From contig OY761159.2 in assembly GCA_963664395.2 (NCBI GenBank), positions 1,664,001 through 1,728,000 of the forward strand: a DNA stretch of 64,000 nucleotides, in the 5' to 3' direction. This stretch comes from Candidatus Binatia bacterium. Lineage in GTDB: Bacteria; Desulfobacterota; Binatia; Bin18. Of the stretch, positions 28,685 through 38,859 are shown one piece after another (within the stretch, counting starts at the first letter, position 1; each line of letters begins with the position of its first letter). A program made the position numbers and the translations under genes. The notes beneath the pieces were generated by a model. It saw nothing but the letters and a program-made list of their open reading frames with translations, did not search any database and was not told the origin of the DNA.

Positions 28685-28736
28685 GGACAGGTAGCGGCTT
28701 GAGCAGCGGGGCGTGGTCGCTCCGCCCCTGCCATTC

Positions 28737-29123
28737 TTACAGCTCGGCCATGACCTGGGCTTCTGCCACAGCAGCCGTGTGGGTGAGCGCAAGGTGAAAG
28801 CAGCGGATACTGTGCCCGGCGGCATACTCTTTTGCTTTGCCGTGCAGGACAATCTCGGGGCGTGAGCCCCGCTGCCGTACGACCTCAACATCACACCAGC
28901 CAACATAGCGACCCCAGCCTCGTCCGAGCGCTTTCATCGTGGCTTCTTTGGCTGCAAAGCGAGCGGCATAACTCTGATACTTGGCTTTCCCACGGCGCTC
29001 GCAATACGCCTGCTCACCAGCAGTGAATACTCGGTCGCGGAAGCGTTGTCCTGTTCGGGGACGTTTGAGCGCAGCCTGGACGCGATCGACTTCGGCCAAA
29101 TCATTGCCAATGCCAAAAATCAT
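28737..29123 (-). CDS. acpS: Holo-ACP synthase
   Basis: GIGNDL, AARFAAKEA, LTH. Confidence 0.92.
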   Translation of the reverse strand: MIFGIGNDLAEVDRVQAALKRPRTGQRFRDRVFTAGEQAYCERRGKAKYQSYAARFAAKEATMKALGRGWGRYVGWCDVEVVRQRGSRPEIVLHGKAKEYAAGHSIRCFHLALTHTAAVAEAQVMAEL

Positions 29124-29139
29124 CGCCGGTAGCCTTTGT

Positions 29140-30942
29140 CTAACACGCGTCACAACTCTGGCACGAGGTCACATCACACGGGGGCGTTTGGCGTTCCAAT
29201 AACGCCTTGCGCCATTCGACCCAAAGATAGCGCTTGTTCACGCCATGATCGATAAAGTCCCAGGGCAGCCGTTCTTCCGAGTCATATCGGCGGTAGACAA
29301 AAAAGTCAGGGTTGGGCCTGTCCTGAGCGGAGTCGAAGGAAGCGCCCGGCCGACGTTTTGCCTCACGCCGCCAGCGTTGCACCACGCTCCACCAATCGCC
29401 CCCTTGCGTGTGGATATCGAGCAGCAACTGACCGACGCGTCGATCTCCGCGTGAGAGTATGGTCTGGTAGTAGGCTTCACGCGGAGACTCGGTATCCACT
29501 GTTACGCGCGGCAGGCAGGCAAGCTGTTTCCGTAAGCCTGCCATCTTGCGCCGGATAGCGGGCAGTGCCTCCATGGGCTCCCACTGGAGGGGGGTCCACG
29601 GCTTGGGCACAAAGGCATTGACCGATAGTGTAATCCCCCCAACCTTGGCGCGTTTGCCACAAAACCGGGTATGGATCTTTTGCGTCAGCGTAACAATCGC
29701 GTCAACGTCGTCCTGGGTCTCGGTCGGCAGGCCAATCATGAAGTACAGCTTGAGGGCCTGCACCCCTCCGCCGACTAACAGTTCCGTTGCGCGGAGGATT
29801 TCCGGCTCGGTTAAGTTCTTGTTAATCACCCGGCGCATCCGTTCCGAGCCCGCTTCCGGTGCCACGGTGACCGAATGGGTATTATTGCGTCCGATAGCGT
29901 GCGCCAAGTCCTGGGTAATCACATCGGCTTTTAACGAGGACGGGGACGCCCGACCACCGGCCTGACCAATGAATTCGCACAAGCCGGCAATACCCGGCTG
30001 GCTGGCCATTTCCGCCCCAATCAGGCCAATGGTCTTCCGTTCCTGTAAACCTTGAGTCACTTGTTGTGTCAAGGCTGCCGTACTTCGGTAGCGGACGGGT
30101 CGGTACATAAATCCTGCTGCACAAAACCGACAGCCCCACTCACAGCCTCGACTGGCCTCGATGAGGAACATATCGCCAAAAACGGTTTCTTGTGTCAGGA
30201 GTTGCGACGTCGTCGGATAGGCATCCAAATCCATAACCAGGCGACGCTGCACGGTCGGCTCACCGGTTCCCGGATGTGCCGCCTGAACGTCATGGGCAAT
30301 ATGGGCAAGCCGTCCGGTCGCATCATAGGACGGGTGAAACAAGGTTGGCACATAGGCGCCGGCTATTGTACTGAGCGCCTGCAAGCTGCTTTTTGAATCG
30401 TTCTTATCCCTCTTATCCCGATCCAAAGACGCATATTGCTCCAGGAATTCCGGAATCATTTCCTCACCTTCACCGATCAAGAACAGATCAATAAAATCGG
30501 CAATTGGTTCGGGATTGAGAAAGGTCGCCGGTCCACCGGCCATGACCAAGGGATGCTGCGTAGTCCGTTCTGCGGCCCGCAGAGGGATATGCGCGGCGGC
30601 AAGAATATCAAGAATATGAAGGTAGTCCGTTTCAAACGAAATCGAGAAGGCCAGAATCTCAAAATCGGCCAGGGGCCGCTGCGTCTCCAGTGAGGCCAGC
30701 GGCGTACCAGTCCGCCTCAGCGCATCGGCCTCATCCGGGTCAGGGAGAAACGCACGCTCACAGCGGCAGCACCCATGTTGGGTAAAGATTTTGTATACGG
30801 CTTGAAATCCCAGATTAGACATCCCGACCGCATACCTGTTTGGATAAACGAGGCAGATGGGAATGTCCCCGCCCGTGGCGGCTGAAAAAACCGACTTTTC
30901 AGCCGCCAGACGTTTACGCGCCCGTTCGGTGGTCAGCCACAT
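29140..30942 (-). CDS. Radical SAM protein with N-terminal B12-binding-like domain (TIGR03960-like)
   Basis: YPN.Y.VGMSNLG, RGCEWGCRFC, APEAGSERMR, C-terminal C..C..C. Confidence 0.88.
   Translation of the reverse strand: MWLTTERARKRLAAEKSVFSAATGGDIPICLVYPNRYAVGMSNLGFQAVYKIFTQHGCCRCERAFLPDPDEADALRRTGTPLASLETQRPLADFEILAFSISFETDYLHILDILAAAHIPLRAAERTTQHPLVMAGGPATFLNPEPIADFIDLFLIGEGEEMIPEFLEQYASLDRDKRDKNDSKSSLQALSTIAGAYVPTLFHPSYDATGRLAHIAHDVQAAHPGTGEPTVQRRLVMDLDAYPTTSQLLTQETVFGDMFLIEASRGCEWGCRFCAAGFMYRPVRYRSTAALTQQVTQGLQERKTIGLIGAEMASQPGIAGLCEFIGQAGGRASPSSLKADVITQDLAHAIGRNNTHSVTVAPEAGSERMRRVINKNLTEPEILRATELLVGGGVQALKLYFMIGLPTETQDDVDAIVTLTQKIHTRFCGKRAKVGGITLSVNAFVPKPWTPLQWEPMEALPAIRRKMAGLRKQLACLPRVTVDTESPREAYYQTILSRGDRRVGQLLLDIHTQGGDWWSVVQRWRREAKRRPGASFDSAQDRPNPDFFVYRRYDSEERLPWDFIDHGVNKRYLWVEWRKALLERQTPPCDVTSCQSCDAC
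29316..29340 (+). repeat. Intragenic palindromic repeat, copy 2
   Basis: GCCTGTCCTGAGCGGAGTCGAAGGA; read as SFDSAQDR on the minus strand. Confidence 0.8.
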
Positions 30943-31021
30943 ACAGGCAGCTCTCCTCTCCCAAACAGACCGCGTTCAGCGCGTCCAGCACAACGAGAGT
31001 CTGCTCCCACGCTGGATATCA

Positions 31022-32206
31022 TTAGTTTGCCCGTTTTCGGAGAAATGCGGGCATTCCTTCGGCTGTCTCGGCGCTCTGATCCAAGTCCGGCTTTGCCGGA
31101 GAGGTGACCTGACGTTGCCCTGCTACCTGTCTCCGTGCATAGGTTGGCTGTTCCAGCACTGCTATGTCAAATTTTCCGAGAGGCATCTTTGCTCTCCCCC
31201 TACCACCCAGCGCCGCCCCCAGCGCCGGCACTCTCGGCCGCACTAATTCCTCTTCGCCAAATCCGGTTGCAATGACCGTAATGAACAGCTCTTCATCCAA
31301 CGTCTCGTCAATGACAGCGCCAAAGATAATGTTGGCCTCTTCATCAGCTTCTTCCTGTATAAGCGATGCCGCCTCATTCACTTCGTGCAGGGTGAGACTC
31401 CGTCCACCGGTCACATTGATCAGCAGGCCCCGTGCCCCACGGATCGTGATATCTTCAAGGAGCGGGCTGGTAATTGCCCGACGCGCGGCCTCTTCTGCCC
31501 GGTTCTCCCCACTCGCCGCGGCTGCCCCCATAATAGCCATCCCCATCTCGGCCATTATGGTCCGCACATCGGCAAAGTCGAGATTGATCAGACCATTCAC
31601 CATGATCAGGTCGGAAATGCCCCGGACGGCCTGGAGCAATACTTCATCCGCCTTGTGAAAAGCTTCGAGGAGTGGCTGGCTTCGGCTCGCGACTGCCAAT
31701 AAACGTTGGTTCGGAATACAAATCAGCGTATCCACATTTTCTTTCAGCTCGTGAACGCCCTCATCGGCATGTCGCATGCGACGTTTGCCCTCAAAGAGAA
31801 AGGGTTTGGTCACAACCCCAACGGTCAACGCCCCACTCTCCTTTGCAAGCCGGGCGACGATAGGCGCCCCACCGGTACCGGTTCCCCCGCCCATCCCCGC
31901 CGTAATGAAAACCATATCTGCACCGGCTAGGTGCTCCCGCAACTCGTCCTCGTTTTCCATCGTGGCATTTCGACCGACCTCGGGATTGGCGCCCGCACCG
32001 AGCCCTTTGGTCAACTCGGCGCCGAGTTGAACTTTGGTCGGTGCCAAATTGACCCGCAACGCTTGCGCGTCGGTATTCGCGACAATAAAGTCAACGCCGG
32101 CCAGCCCCCCACTGATCATCGTATTGATGGCATTCCCGCCGGCACCTCCAATCCCAACGATACGGAGCTGAGCCCCACTGCCTCCACTTTCCACAAACTC
32201 AATCAT
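31022..32206 (-). CDS. ftsZ: Cell division protein FtsZ
   Basis: GGGTGTG, NLDFAD, C-terminal PAFLR. Confidence 0.98.
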   Translation of the reverse strand: MIEFVESGGSGAQLRIVGIGGAGGNAINTMISGGLAGVDFIVANTDAQALRVNLAPTKVQLGAELTKGLGAGANPEVGRNATMENEDELREHLAGADMVFITAGMGGGTGTGGAPIVARLAKESGALTVGVVTKPFLFEGKRRMRHADEGVHELKENVDTLICIPNQRLLAVASRSQPLLEAFHKADEVLLQAVRGISDLIMVNGLINLDFADVRTIMAEMGMAIMGAAAASGENRAEEAARRAITSPLLEDITIRGARGLLINVTGGRSLTLHEVNEAASLIQEEADEEANIIFGAVIDETLDEELFITVIATGFGEEELVRPRVPALGAALGGRGRAKMPLGKFDIAVLEQPTYARRQVAGQRQVTSPAKPDLDQSAETAEGMPAFLRKRAN

Positions 32207-32258
32207 CTCCCACCTCCTTCATCTTCAGTTGGCATTTTCCCACAGGAGAGGCTGTGGT

Positions 32259-33491
32259 CTAAAAAAATTCTCGGAACCATTCGACGACACGTTCTCGCAT
32301 ACGCTGCCAGTTTTGTCCGTCCCGTATCGGGGCCAGAGGAGGAGAGCGGTGGTGGTCTTGCACGTTACACAGGATCAGGCCGACGTTAGCCGCATACATA
32401 GGGCTATGGGCCGGGTCAACCACATCGCTTACATACCGAGGCATACCACGGCGCGCAGACATACGAAAGACGCGCTGGGCTAAATCCGGCATGCCCTCAA
32501 GAAGAGCGCTCCCACCGGTGAGCACCACGCCCGCGCCCAGCTTATCAAAGAAATCCCCAAAGGCGAGCTGCTCTCGGACGAGCTCAAAAATCTCTTCAAT
32601 CCGCGGTTCGATAATTTCGCTCATTTTTCGCCTGGGCAGCGGATCTGCATTACGCTCGCCGATGCGGGGCATCTCAATCACCTCGCCCGGAGCAACCAGG
32701 CTTATCAAGGCACAACCGTGACGCTGTTTCAGCTTCTCGGCCTCTGCCACGGGAAGGCATAAGCCCGCCGCCAAGTCGTTGGTCACGTTTTCTCCACCGA
32801 CCGGCAGCACAGCGGTATGGTAGACTGCGCCTTGATAAAAAGCGGCTACACTCGTCGTGCCAGCCCCAATGTCGAGTACCACAACGCCCAGCTCCTTCTC
32901 TTCCGGAGTCAAGACTGCCTCGGCGGCGGCAAGCGCGCCATAGTGAACGCCGTTGAGATAGAGCCCCGCCCGCTCACAGCATTTCTGGAGTGTACACAGG
33001 GCTGTCGAGGCAACGCTGATAGCATGCACATTTGTCTCGAGCCGCACGCCACTTGCCCCAACGGGATCGCGCCCGCGCTCTTGTCCATCAACAAGAAACT
33101 CTTGTGGGAAGACATGTAGAATTTCACACTCTGGAGGTAATGCGATAGCCTGAGCCACAGCAACCGCTTCCTCAACATCGTCCGCAGACACCTCGCCACC
33201 TTTGACCCGGACAACGCCTTGACTCGAAATACCCTCCATATGCCCACCAGTCAGGCTGCTAAACACACTATGAATTTCGCAGCTCGCGCTGACTTCAGCC
33301 TCAGCCACAGCCTTTTGTAGCCCCTGGGCAGCGTTCTCGACATTGGTCACCAGACCCTTGCGTACCCCCTGGGACGGCGCTGTCCCAATCCCCAAAACAG
33401 TCAGCCCATCAGGCGTTGTTTCTGCGACTAGAACAGCCGTCTTATACGTCCCAATATCGACACTCACCAGGAGGGAATCCTCTTTCTCCAT
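32259..33491 (-). CDS. ftsA: Cell division protein FtsA
   Basis: DIGT, DIGAGTT, VLTGG; position in cluster. Confidence 0.96.
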   Translation of the reverse strand: MEKEDSLLVSVDIGTYKTAVLVAETTPDGLTVLGIGTAPSQGVRKGLVTNVENAAQGLQKAVAEAEVSASCEIHSVFSSLTGGHMEGISSQGVVRVKGGEVSADDVEEAVAVAQAIALPPECEILHVFPQEFLVDGQERGRDPVGASGVRLETNVHAISVASTALCTLQKCCERAGLYLNGVHYGALAAAEAVLTPEEKELGVVVLDIGAGTTSVAAFYQGAVYHTAVLPVGGENVTNDLAAGLCLPVAEAEKLKQRHGCALISLVAPGEVIEMPRIGERNADPLPRRKMSEIIEPRIEEIFELVREQLAFGDFFDKLGAGVVLTGGSALLEGMPDLAQRVFRMSARRGMPRYVSDVVDPAHSPMYAANVGLILCNVQDHHRSPPLAPIRDGQNWQRMRERVVEWFREFF

Positions 33492-33500
33492 ACCATCTCC

Positions 33501-34337
33501 CTATAGCGTACGAGTGAAGCCCACGTCTTTTCCCCTATACGGCCTGAACGGGAGAGGGGACGCCACGATCTGATCGGTAAAGCGCGTATCAAAAACGGTT
33601 GCCCGCCTGTCTTGCGGCCAGCTCTCCAGCACTCGTTGTATCAGCACAAATACGGCGGGTCTGATCTTCTGACCCAGCCGAATCACGACCTGACGATCAG
33701 ACAAAAACAGGGTATAGCCTCGCTGGTCGTCCCAATGGATTTCAGACACCGCAACGCCCCATTCCCGGAGCAGCGCAAGACACAGACGCACTTCCGCTAA
33801 GACCGTCTGTGCCGTCCGCGTTTCAAGGGGAACACGCTCGAGTCCGCTAATATACGGCAGATCGTGAACACCGGATACGGGAGCGACAAAACTTTCACCG
33901 TTCCCGTCCAGATAGGCTGCTTCTGGACTCCTGATAAACGCGATAGGGTGACGCTCCTGGATGGTGAGATGAATACGTTGAGGGAACTCCCGGGTGATAA
34001 CGGCAGTCTGGACCCAGGGGTGCTGCACTAAACGCTGCTCGGCTGCCTGGACATCCAGAGCTATAATGTTCATCCCCCGCGCCAGCCCACCCCACTGTTT
34101 GATCTCGTCCTGCGTGAGCGTACCGTCAGTCGAGACAACAATATCTGTGGCAGCGAAGTAAGAATGGTGCTTGGCATAGTGCACCAAGACGACTCCCCCG
34201 ATACCGCAACCAAGGCACACTATCCCCAATAGCATCATGGACCGGACAGATATCAGGAGCTGTTGTGCCACGCCACGCCACAGGCGGCGGTTCACCTGAG
34301 GGGGGATCGAGGACTTTCTGAGGACTGGGGATCTCAT
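33501..34337 (-). CDS. ftsQ: Cell division protein FtsQ
   Basis: TM followed by POTRA-like HPWV...REFP...ER; lies between ddl and ftsA. Confidence 0.88.
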   Translation of the reverse strand: MRSPVLRKSSIPPQVNRRLWRGVAQQLLISVRSMMLLGIVCLGCGIGGVVLVHYAKHHSYFAATDIVVSTDGTLTQDEIKQWGGLARGMNIIALDVQAAEQRLVQHPWVQTAVITREFPQRIHLTIQERHPIAFIRSPEAAYLDGNGESFVAPVSGVHDLPYISGLERVPLETRTAQTVLAEVRLCLALLREWGVAVSEIHWDDQRGYTLFLSDRQVVIRLGQKIRPAVFVLIQRVLESWPQDRRATVFDTRFTDQIVASPLPFRPYRGKDVGFTRTL

Positions 34338-35269
34338 GCTTCTCCTCGCGGAATATGGAGTGTCGCCTGCTGCAGGATGACCTCCACGAGGTCCTCATAG
34401 GACAGTCCATGATGGGCGGCAATGCGTGGCAAATAACTCAATTCCATCAAGCCGGGCAGCGAGTTCAATTCAATCAGGAAAATTGCTCCAGTAGGGCTTA
34501 CCCGTGTATCGACTCGGCTATAGCCGCTGCACCCGAGGGCAAGATGGGCCTGCCAGGCCAGATTGAGCACCTGCTCGTACGTCGCTTCCGGCAGCGGAGC
34601 AGGCATGAGAAATTCTTCCCGCCCAGGCGTGTATTTGACCTCATAGGAATGGAATTCACCCCTGGCAACAACTTCCATTGCGCCAATCGCCTGCTCCTTG
34701 ACAATGCCGACAGTCACCTCCTGGCCGGGAATATAGGCTTCCACCAAACACGCCGTGTCATACCGAAACGCCTGAGTCAGGGCGGGCGTGAGCATCGCTT
34801 CGGAGTGGACGATGCTCACGCCAACACTCGATCCTTCCGCAATCGGCTTGACAACCACAGGATAGGAGCGCGCGACCTGCTCACACGGCGTCCCTTTCTC
34901 AACAATCTCCCAGGGCGGCGTTGGCAAATCATAGGTTTGCCAAATCCGTTTCGCCATCGCCTTATTCATGGCTAAGGCACTCGCCAGGATACTGGACCCA
35001 GTGTAGGGAATCCCCAGGGTTTCCAGTACGCCTTGCACAGCCCCATCTTCTCCAAACTTTCCATGTAAGGCGATAAAGACGACATCTGTCTTTTGCGCCT
35101 GAGCAATCCATGCTCCGCCCGGTGCAACCGGGATAGAATGGACCGTATAGCCGCGTGTCTCCAGGGCCGCACAGACGGCCTCTCCAGTCAGACGGGAGAT
35201 CTCCCGTTCTGCCGACAGCCCGCCCCAGACCACACCGACAATCTGTTCGGATCTCATTTCTGCGACCAT
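34334..35269 (-). CDS. ddl: D-alanine--D-alanine ligase
   Basis: GGLSAEREIS, LHGKFGEDG, GSSVG, YEVKY, ELNSLPG. Confidence 0.96.
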   Translation of the reverse strand: MVAEMRSEQIVGVVWGGLSAEREISRLTGEAVCAALETRGYTVHSIPVAPGGAWIAQAQKTDVVFIALHGKFGEDGAVQGVLETLGIPYTGSSILASALAMNKAMAKRIWQTYDLPTPPWEIVEKGTPCEQVARSYPVVVKPIAEGSSVGVSIVHSEAMLTPALTQAFRYDTACLVEAYIPGQEVTVGIVKEQAIGAMEVVARGEFHSYEVKYTPGREEFLMPAPLPEATYEQVLNLAWQAHLALGCSGYSRVDTRVSPTGAIFLIELNSLPGLMELSYLPRIAAHHGLSYEDLVEVILQQATLHIPRGEA

Positions 35270-36213
35270 TCCCCAACCCGACGAACCTCAGGCTCAAGCC
35301 AGACCTGTTGTCCTTGCCAGACCTGGCGTTGCACGTGTTCTACGAGGTGCCACACCTGGGTAGCAGTGGCACCTCCAGTATTCACAATGAAATTGGCGTG
35401 GTGCTCAGAGACCTGCGCGTGTCCCCGGCGACTTCCCTTACAGCCCACCGCCTCAATCATGCGACCCGCATAGCGTCCCGACGGATTCTTAAATATGGAC
35501 CCCGCGTTCGGATATCCGTGGGGCTGGTGACGTTTACGTTTTTCGCGCGCCTGTTGCATCGCGGCGGTAATACGGGCTTGGGGCGTTTGGCGGAGCCGAA
35601 ACACAACCTCGCTTACGATGAATTTTGGAGGGAGCGCGGTTTTTCGATAGGCAAAGCCAATTGAGGCACCGGACAATCGCAGGTACTGGCCTGTTTGTGT
35701 AACCCCGGTGACAGCCGCAACCACTGCACTCAGTTCACCCCCAAAGGCCCCAGCATTCATTAAGAGCCCCCCCCCGACGCGACCCGGAATCCCCTCGGCA
35801 AATTCCACCCCCCCATACCCTTTGCGGGCAGCTTCCCGCACGAATCGTCCCAATGAACGGCCGGCGCCGACACGGACCTGAGCGGCACTCTGCTGTGCAG
35901 GCTGGACAGACCAGTCGGAATAGTCGAACCCCCGCCCCAGCCGAATCACCACCCCGCGGACACCTTTGTCGCTGACGAGGACATTGGTCCCCCCACCGAG
36001 GAGGAGGCAGGGGGCGCCGTGTTCCATCACAATACGTATCAGCGTCTGAAGCTCAGCCAGCGCAGGTGGTTCGACAAAAATGTCTGCCGGCCCACCAATA
36101 CGAAATGAAGTGTAGCCGGCCAGACCGACATCAAAGCGCACACACGGGCCGAGGGCGCGTCGCAGCTGCGTCTTCAAATCATGCTGCACTTCAGTCTGCA
36201 ACTCAGCGGGCAT
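35254..36213 (-). CDS. murB: UDP-N-acetylenolpyruvoylglucosamine reductase
   Basis: FRIGGPAD, GIPG, MNAGA, GSIFKNP, HANF. Confidence 0.96.
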   Translation of the reverse strand: MPAELQTEVQHDLKTQLRRALGPCVRFDVGLAGYTSFRIGGPADIFVEPPALAELQTLIRIVMEHGAPCLLLGGGTNVLVSDKGVRGVVIRLGRGFDYSDWSVQPAQQSAAQVRVGAGRSLGRFVREAARKGYGGVEFAEGIPGRVGGGLLMNAGAFGGELSAVVAAVTGVTQTGQYLRLSGASIGFAYRKTALPPKFIVSEVVFRLRQTPQARITAAMQQAREKRKRHQPHGYPNAGSIFKNPSGRYAGRMIEAVGCKGSRRGHAQVSEHHANFIVNTGGATATQVWHLVEHVQRQVWQGQQVWLEPEVRRVGEWSQK

Positions 36214-37723
36214 TGACGCCTCCACTCCGGAGTCGGGCCAGAAGCTCGGGGCCGGTCCGGACAATATCCCCAGCCCCTAACGTCAACACTAAGTCACCCG
36301 CCCGGGTAATGGCCTGTACCGCCTGCGCCAACTCTGTGCGGTCCGGGACGAAGTGTACCTCAGCATGCCCGCGCCGTTTGATGGCCTCATACAGCTTTTC
36401 CCCTGAGATATCAGCCCGCGGCTCTTCACCAGCAGGGTAAATTTCCGTCAGTACCAAAACGTCGGCATCATCAAATGCAGACAGAAACTCATCGAAGAGG
36501 TGGGCTGTGCGTGAATAGCGATGGGGTTGGAAGAGCGCGATCAAACGGCGACCGAAACCTTCCCTGGCAGCGCGGAGGGTGGCTCGTAATTCTTCAGGGT
36601 GATGGGCGTAATCGTCAACCACCAACACCTCCGCGACTTCTCCCTTTATCTCAAAGCGGCGCTGAATACCGGTAAATCCGTGCAGGGCCTCCTGGACTTG
36701 GGAAAACGTAATACCCAGCTCAAGGGCGACCGCCACAACCGCCAGGGCGTTCAGCGCATAGTGGTGACCGGGCAAGTTCAGTTGGATATCGCCGAGTCGC
36801 TCTGTGCCACGCCAGACCTCACACCGTGTCGTGAGTCCGGAGACCGTCAGCTGTTTGGCCTGCACATCCGCTTCCGGACTCAGGCCATAGGTCACAAACC
36901 GTTTGCGCACCTGGGGAAGCAGCGCGCGGACATGCACGCTGTCCAGGCACAGCACGGCCCGGCCGTAAAAGGGAATCCGATTAATAAATTCGAGATAGGC
37001 GGCTTGGACGTGATCCATATGTCCATAGTAATCAAGATGCTCAGGATCAATATTGGTCACCACAACAAGCGTTGGGCTGAGCAGGAGAAACGTCCCATCA
37101 CTCTCGTCGGCTTCAGCAACGAGAAAACGCCCCTGGCCCAGCCGGGCATTGCACCCCAGCACATTGAGCCGTCCACCAATGACCATGGTCGGATCAAAGT
37201 GCGCATGGGCGAGGGCTGTTGCGATTAAGGACGTCGTCGTCGTCTTGCCATGCGTCCCGGCAACAGCGATGCCGTATTTGAGGCGCATCAGCTCAGCCAG
37301 CATTTCCGCCCGAGGAATGACCGGGATACTGAGTGCGCGGGCACGCACGACTTCCGGATTGGCATATTTCACAGCCGACGAGATGACGACAACATCGGTA
37401 TCGGAATGGACATGCTGCGGCTGGTGGCCATAGACAATATGCGCACCGTTGCGTTTCAATCGCACCGTTGTTTCGGATTCGATGAGATCCGATCCACTGA
37501 TCTGATAGCCGAGATTGAGTAATACCTCGGCAATGCCACTCATGCCGACTCCACCAATACCGACAAAGTGAATGCGGCGGTTGGTATCAAACAAGACAGG
37601 CGTCTCGGACACCGCGTTCGCGTGTATCGGCAGGCCAGCCCGAGCGGGTGGCTGCATATCGGCTCCGGCAGCACTTCGGTCGCTTATACCGCTCAGTTCC
37701 TGTCCCTTCATCTTTCTTGGCAC
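36203..37723 (-). CDS. murC: UDP-N-acetylmuramate--L-alanine ligase
   Basis: GIGGVGMSG, GTHGKTTT, EADESD, DDYAHHP. Start position uncertain. Confidence 0.96.
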   Translation of the reverse strand: MPRKMKGQELSGISDRSAAGADMQPPARAGLPIHANAVSETPVLFDTNRRIHFVGIGGVGMSGIAEVLLNLGYQISGSDLIESETTVRLKRNGAHIVYGHQPQHVHSDTDVVVISSAVKYANPEVVRARALSIPVIPRAEMLAELMRLKYGIAVAGTHGKTTTTSLIATALAHAHFDPTMVIGGRLNVLGCNARLGQGRFLVAEADESDGTFLLLSPTLVVVTNIDPEHLDYYGHMDHVQAAYLEFINRIPFYGRAVLCLDSVHVRALLPQVRKRFVTYGLSPEADVQAKQLTVSGLTTRCEVWRGTERLGDIQLNLPGHHYALNALAVVAVALELGITFSQVQEALHGFTGIQRRFEIKGEVAEVLVVDDYAHHPEELRATLRAAREGFGRRLIALFQPHRYSRTAHLFDEFLSAFDDADVLVLTEIYPAGEEPRADISGEKLYEAIKRRGHAEVHFVPDRTELAQAVQAITRAGDLVLTLGAGDIVRTGPELLARLRSGGVNAR

Positions 37724-38859
37724 GGAACCTCCTGGCCGGAAGAAGACCCATCAGAAGTGCAGGCAAAGCACGTCTGCACGACGGCGGCTGTAGCGTCGGG
37801 GCGGCCTAAAGCCGCCGCCGCCCGGGCCATAGCTCCCAACGTGCCGCTCTGTTGGACGAGCCTTGCAATAGTCCGCTCCAGCAACTCAGGAGACAGCGTG
37901 TGATCCAGGAGCATCACCGCCGCCCCAGCCTGCACAAGGGCTTCAGCGTTGGCTCGTTGGTGGTCGTCGGCCGCATATGGATAGGGAATAAGGATGGCGG
38001 GTTTTCCGAGCAGAGTCAGCTCCGCGGTCGTCATCGCCCCAGCCCGGCAAATCACGAGGTCGGCTTCAGCATATACCTCCTGCATGGCGTCAATAAACGG
38101 CACCACCCGCGCCATTATCCCTACCGCCGCGTAAGATGCGGTGACGGCTGCATACTCGGCCTGGCCGGTCTGATGGATGATCTGTATTGTTTGCGCTGGG
38201 CTTGAACTCTTGCGCCCACTCCGCCTCTTGTGTAACAGCGCTAACGCCTGTGGCACGATGTGGTTGAGCCGGTGTGCTCCGGCACTGCCACCAAAGACGA
38301 GGATGGTCAAAGGCTTGTCTGTTGGTGCCGGCTGGAGCGTCGGCTGCAAGGCATGTCGCACAGGATTGCCGGTATGGACAACTTTGTGTGGAGGGAAAAA
38401 ACGGCTGGCCGTCTCAAATCCAAGACAGACGCGGGCGGCAAACCGGCTCAAGAAGCGGTTTGTCAGCCCAGGAATCGCGTTGGGCTCAAGCAGGACACAC
38501 GGGATGCGTTGCAGCCAGCCAGCCAGGACAGTCGGAGCGGACGCATAGCCCCCGATACTGAAGATCACGTCGGGAGCGAACTCACGGATAATACGCCACG
38601 CGCTCCCGACGCCATAGCCAGCGACCCCTAGGGCGCGGATTTTACCCCACCACGTTCGTCCGCGCAGCTGTTCGGCAGGGATAAAACGTAAAGAAAATCC
38701 AAGCTGTGGGATCACATCTTTTTCCATTCCGCCGCTGGTACCAACAAACAACACCGCCGCATCAGCCGTGCGCTGCGCGCCCTCTGCCACCGCAACCCCA
38801 GGGAAGAGGTGCCCGCCGGTTCCTCCCGCCGCAAGCAGGAGTCGAGGAGCCCTAGGCAT
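37708..38859 (-). CDS. murG: Lipid II GlcNAc transferase MurG
   Basis: GGTGGH, GGY, GNPVR, GGS.GA, RAGA, HQ..NA. Confidence 0.96.
   Translation of the reverse strand: MPRAPRLLLAAGGTGGHLFPGVAVAEGAQRTADAAVLFVGTSGGMEKDVIPQLGFSLRFIPAEQLRGRTWWGKIRALGVAGYGVGSAWRIIREFAPDVIFSIGGYASAPTVLAGWLQRIPCVLLEPNAIPGLTNRFLSRFAARVCLGFETASRFFPPHKVVHTGNPVRHALQPTLQPAPTDKPLTILVFGGSAGAHRLNHIVPQALALLHKRRSGRKSSSPAQTIQIIHQTGQAEYAAVTASYAAVGIMARVVPFIDAMQEVYAEADLVICRAGAMTTAELTLLGKPAILIPYPYAADDHQRANAEALVQAGAAVMLLDHTLSPELLERTIARLVQQSGTLGAMARAAAALGRPDATAAVVQTCFACTSDGSSSGQEVPCQER

Noticed and set aside
34334-35269. Ddl as a D-Ala-D-Lac ligase explaining the missing murF
   Set aside because: The omega loop ends YEVKY with Tyr, the D-Ala-D-Ala type, and D-Lac pathways still need MurF.
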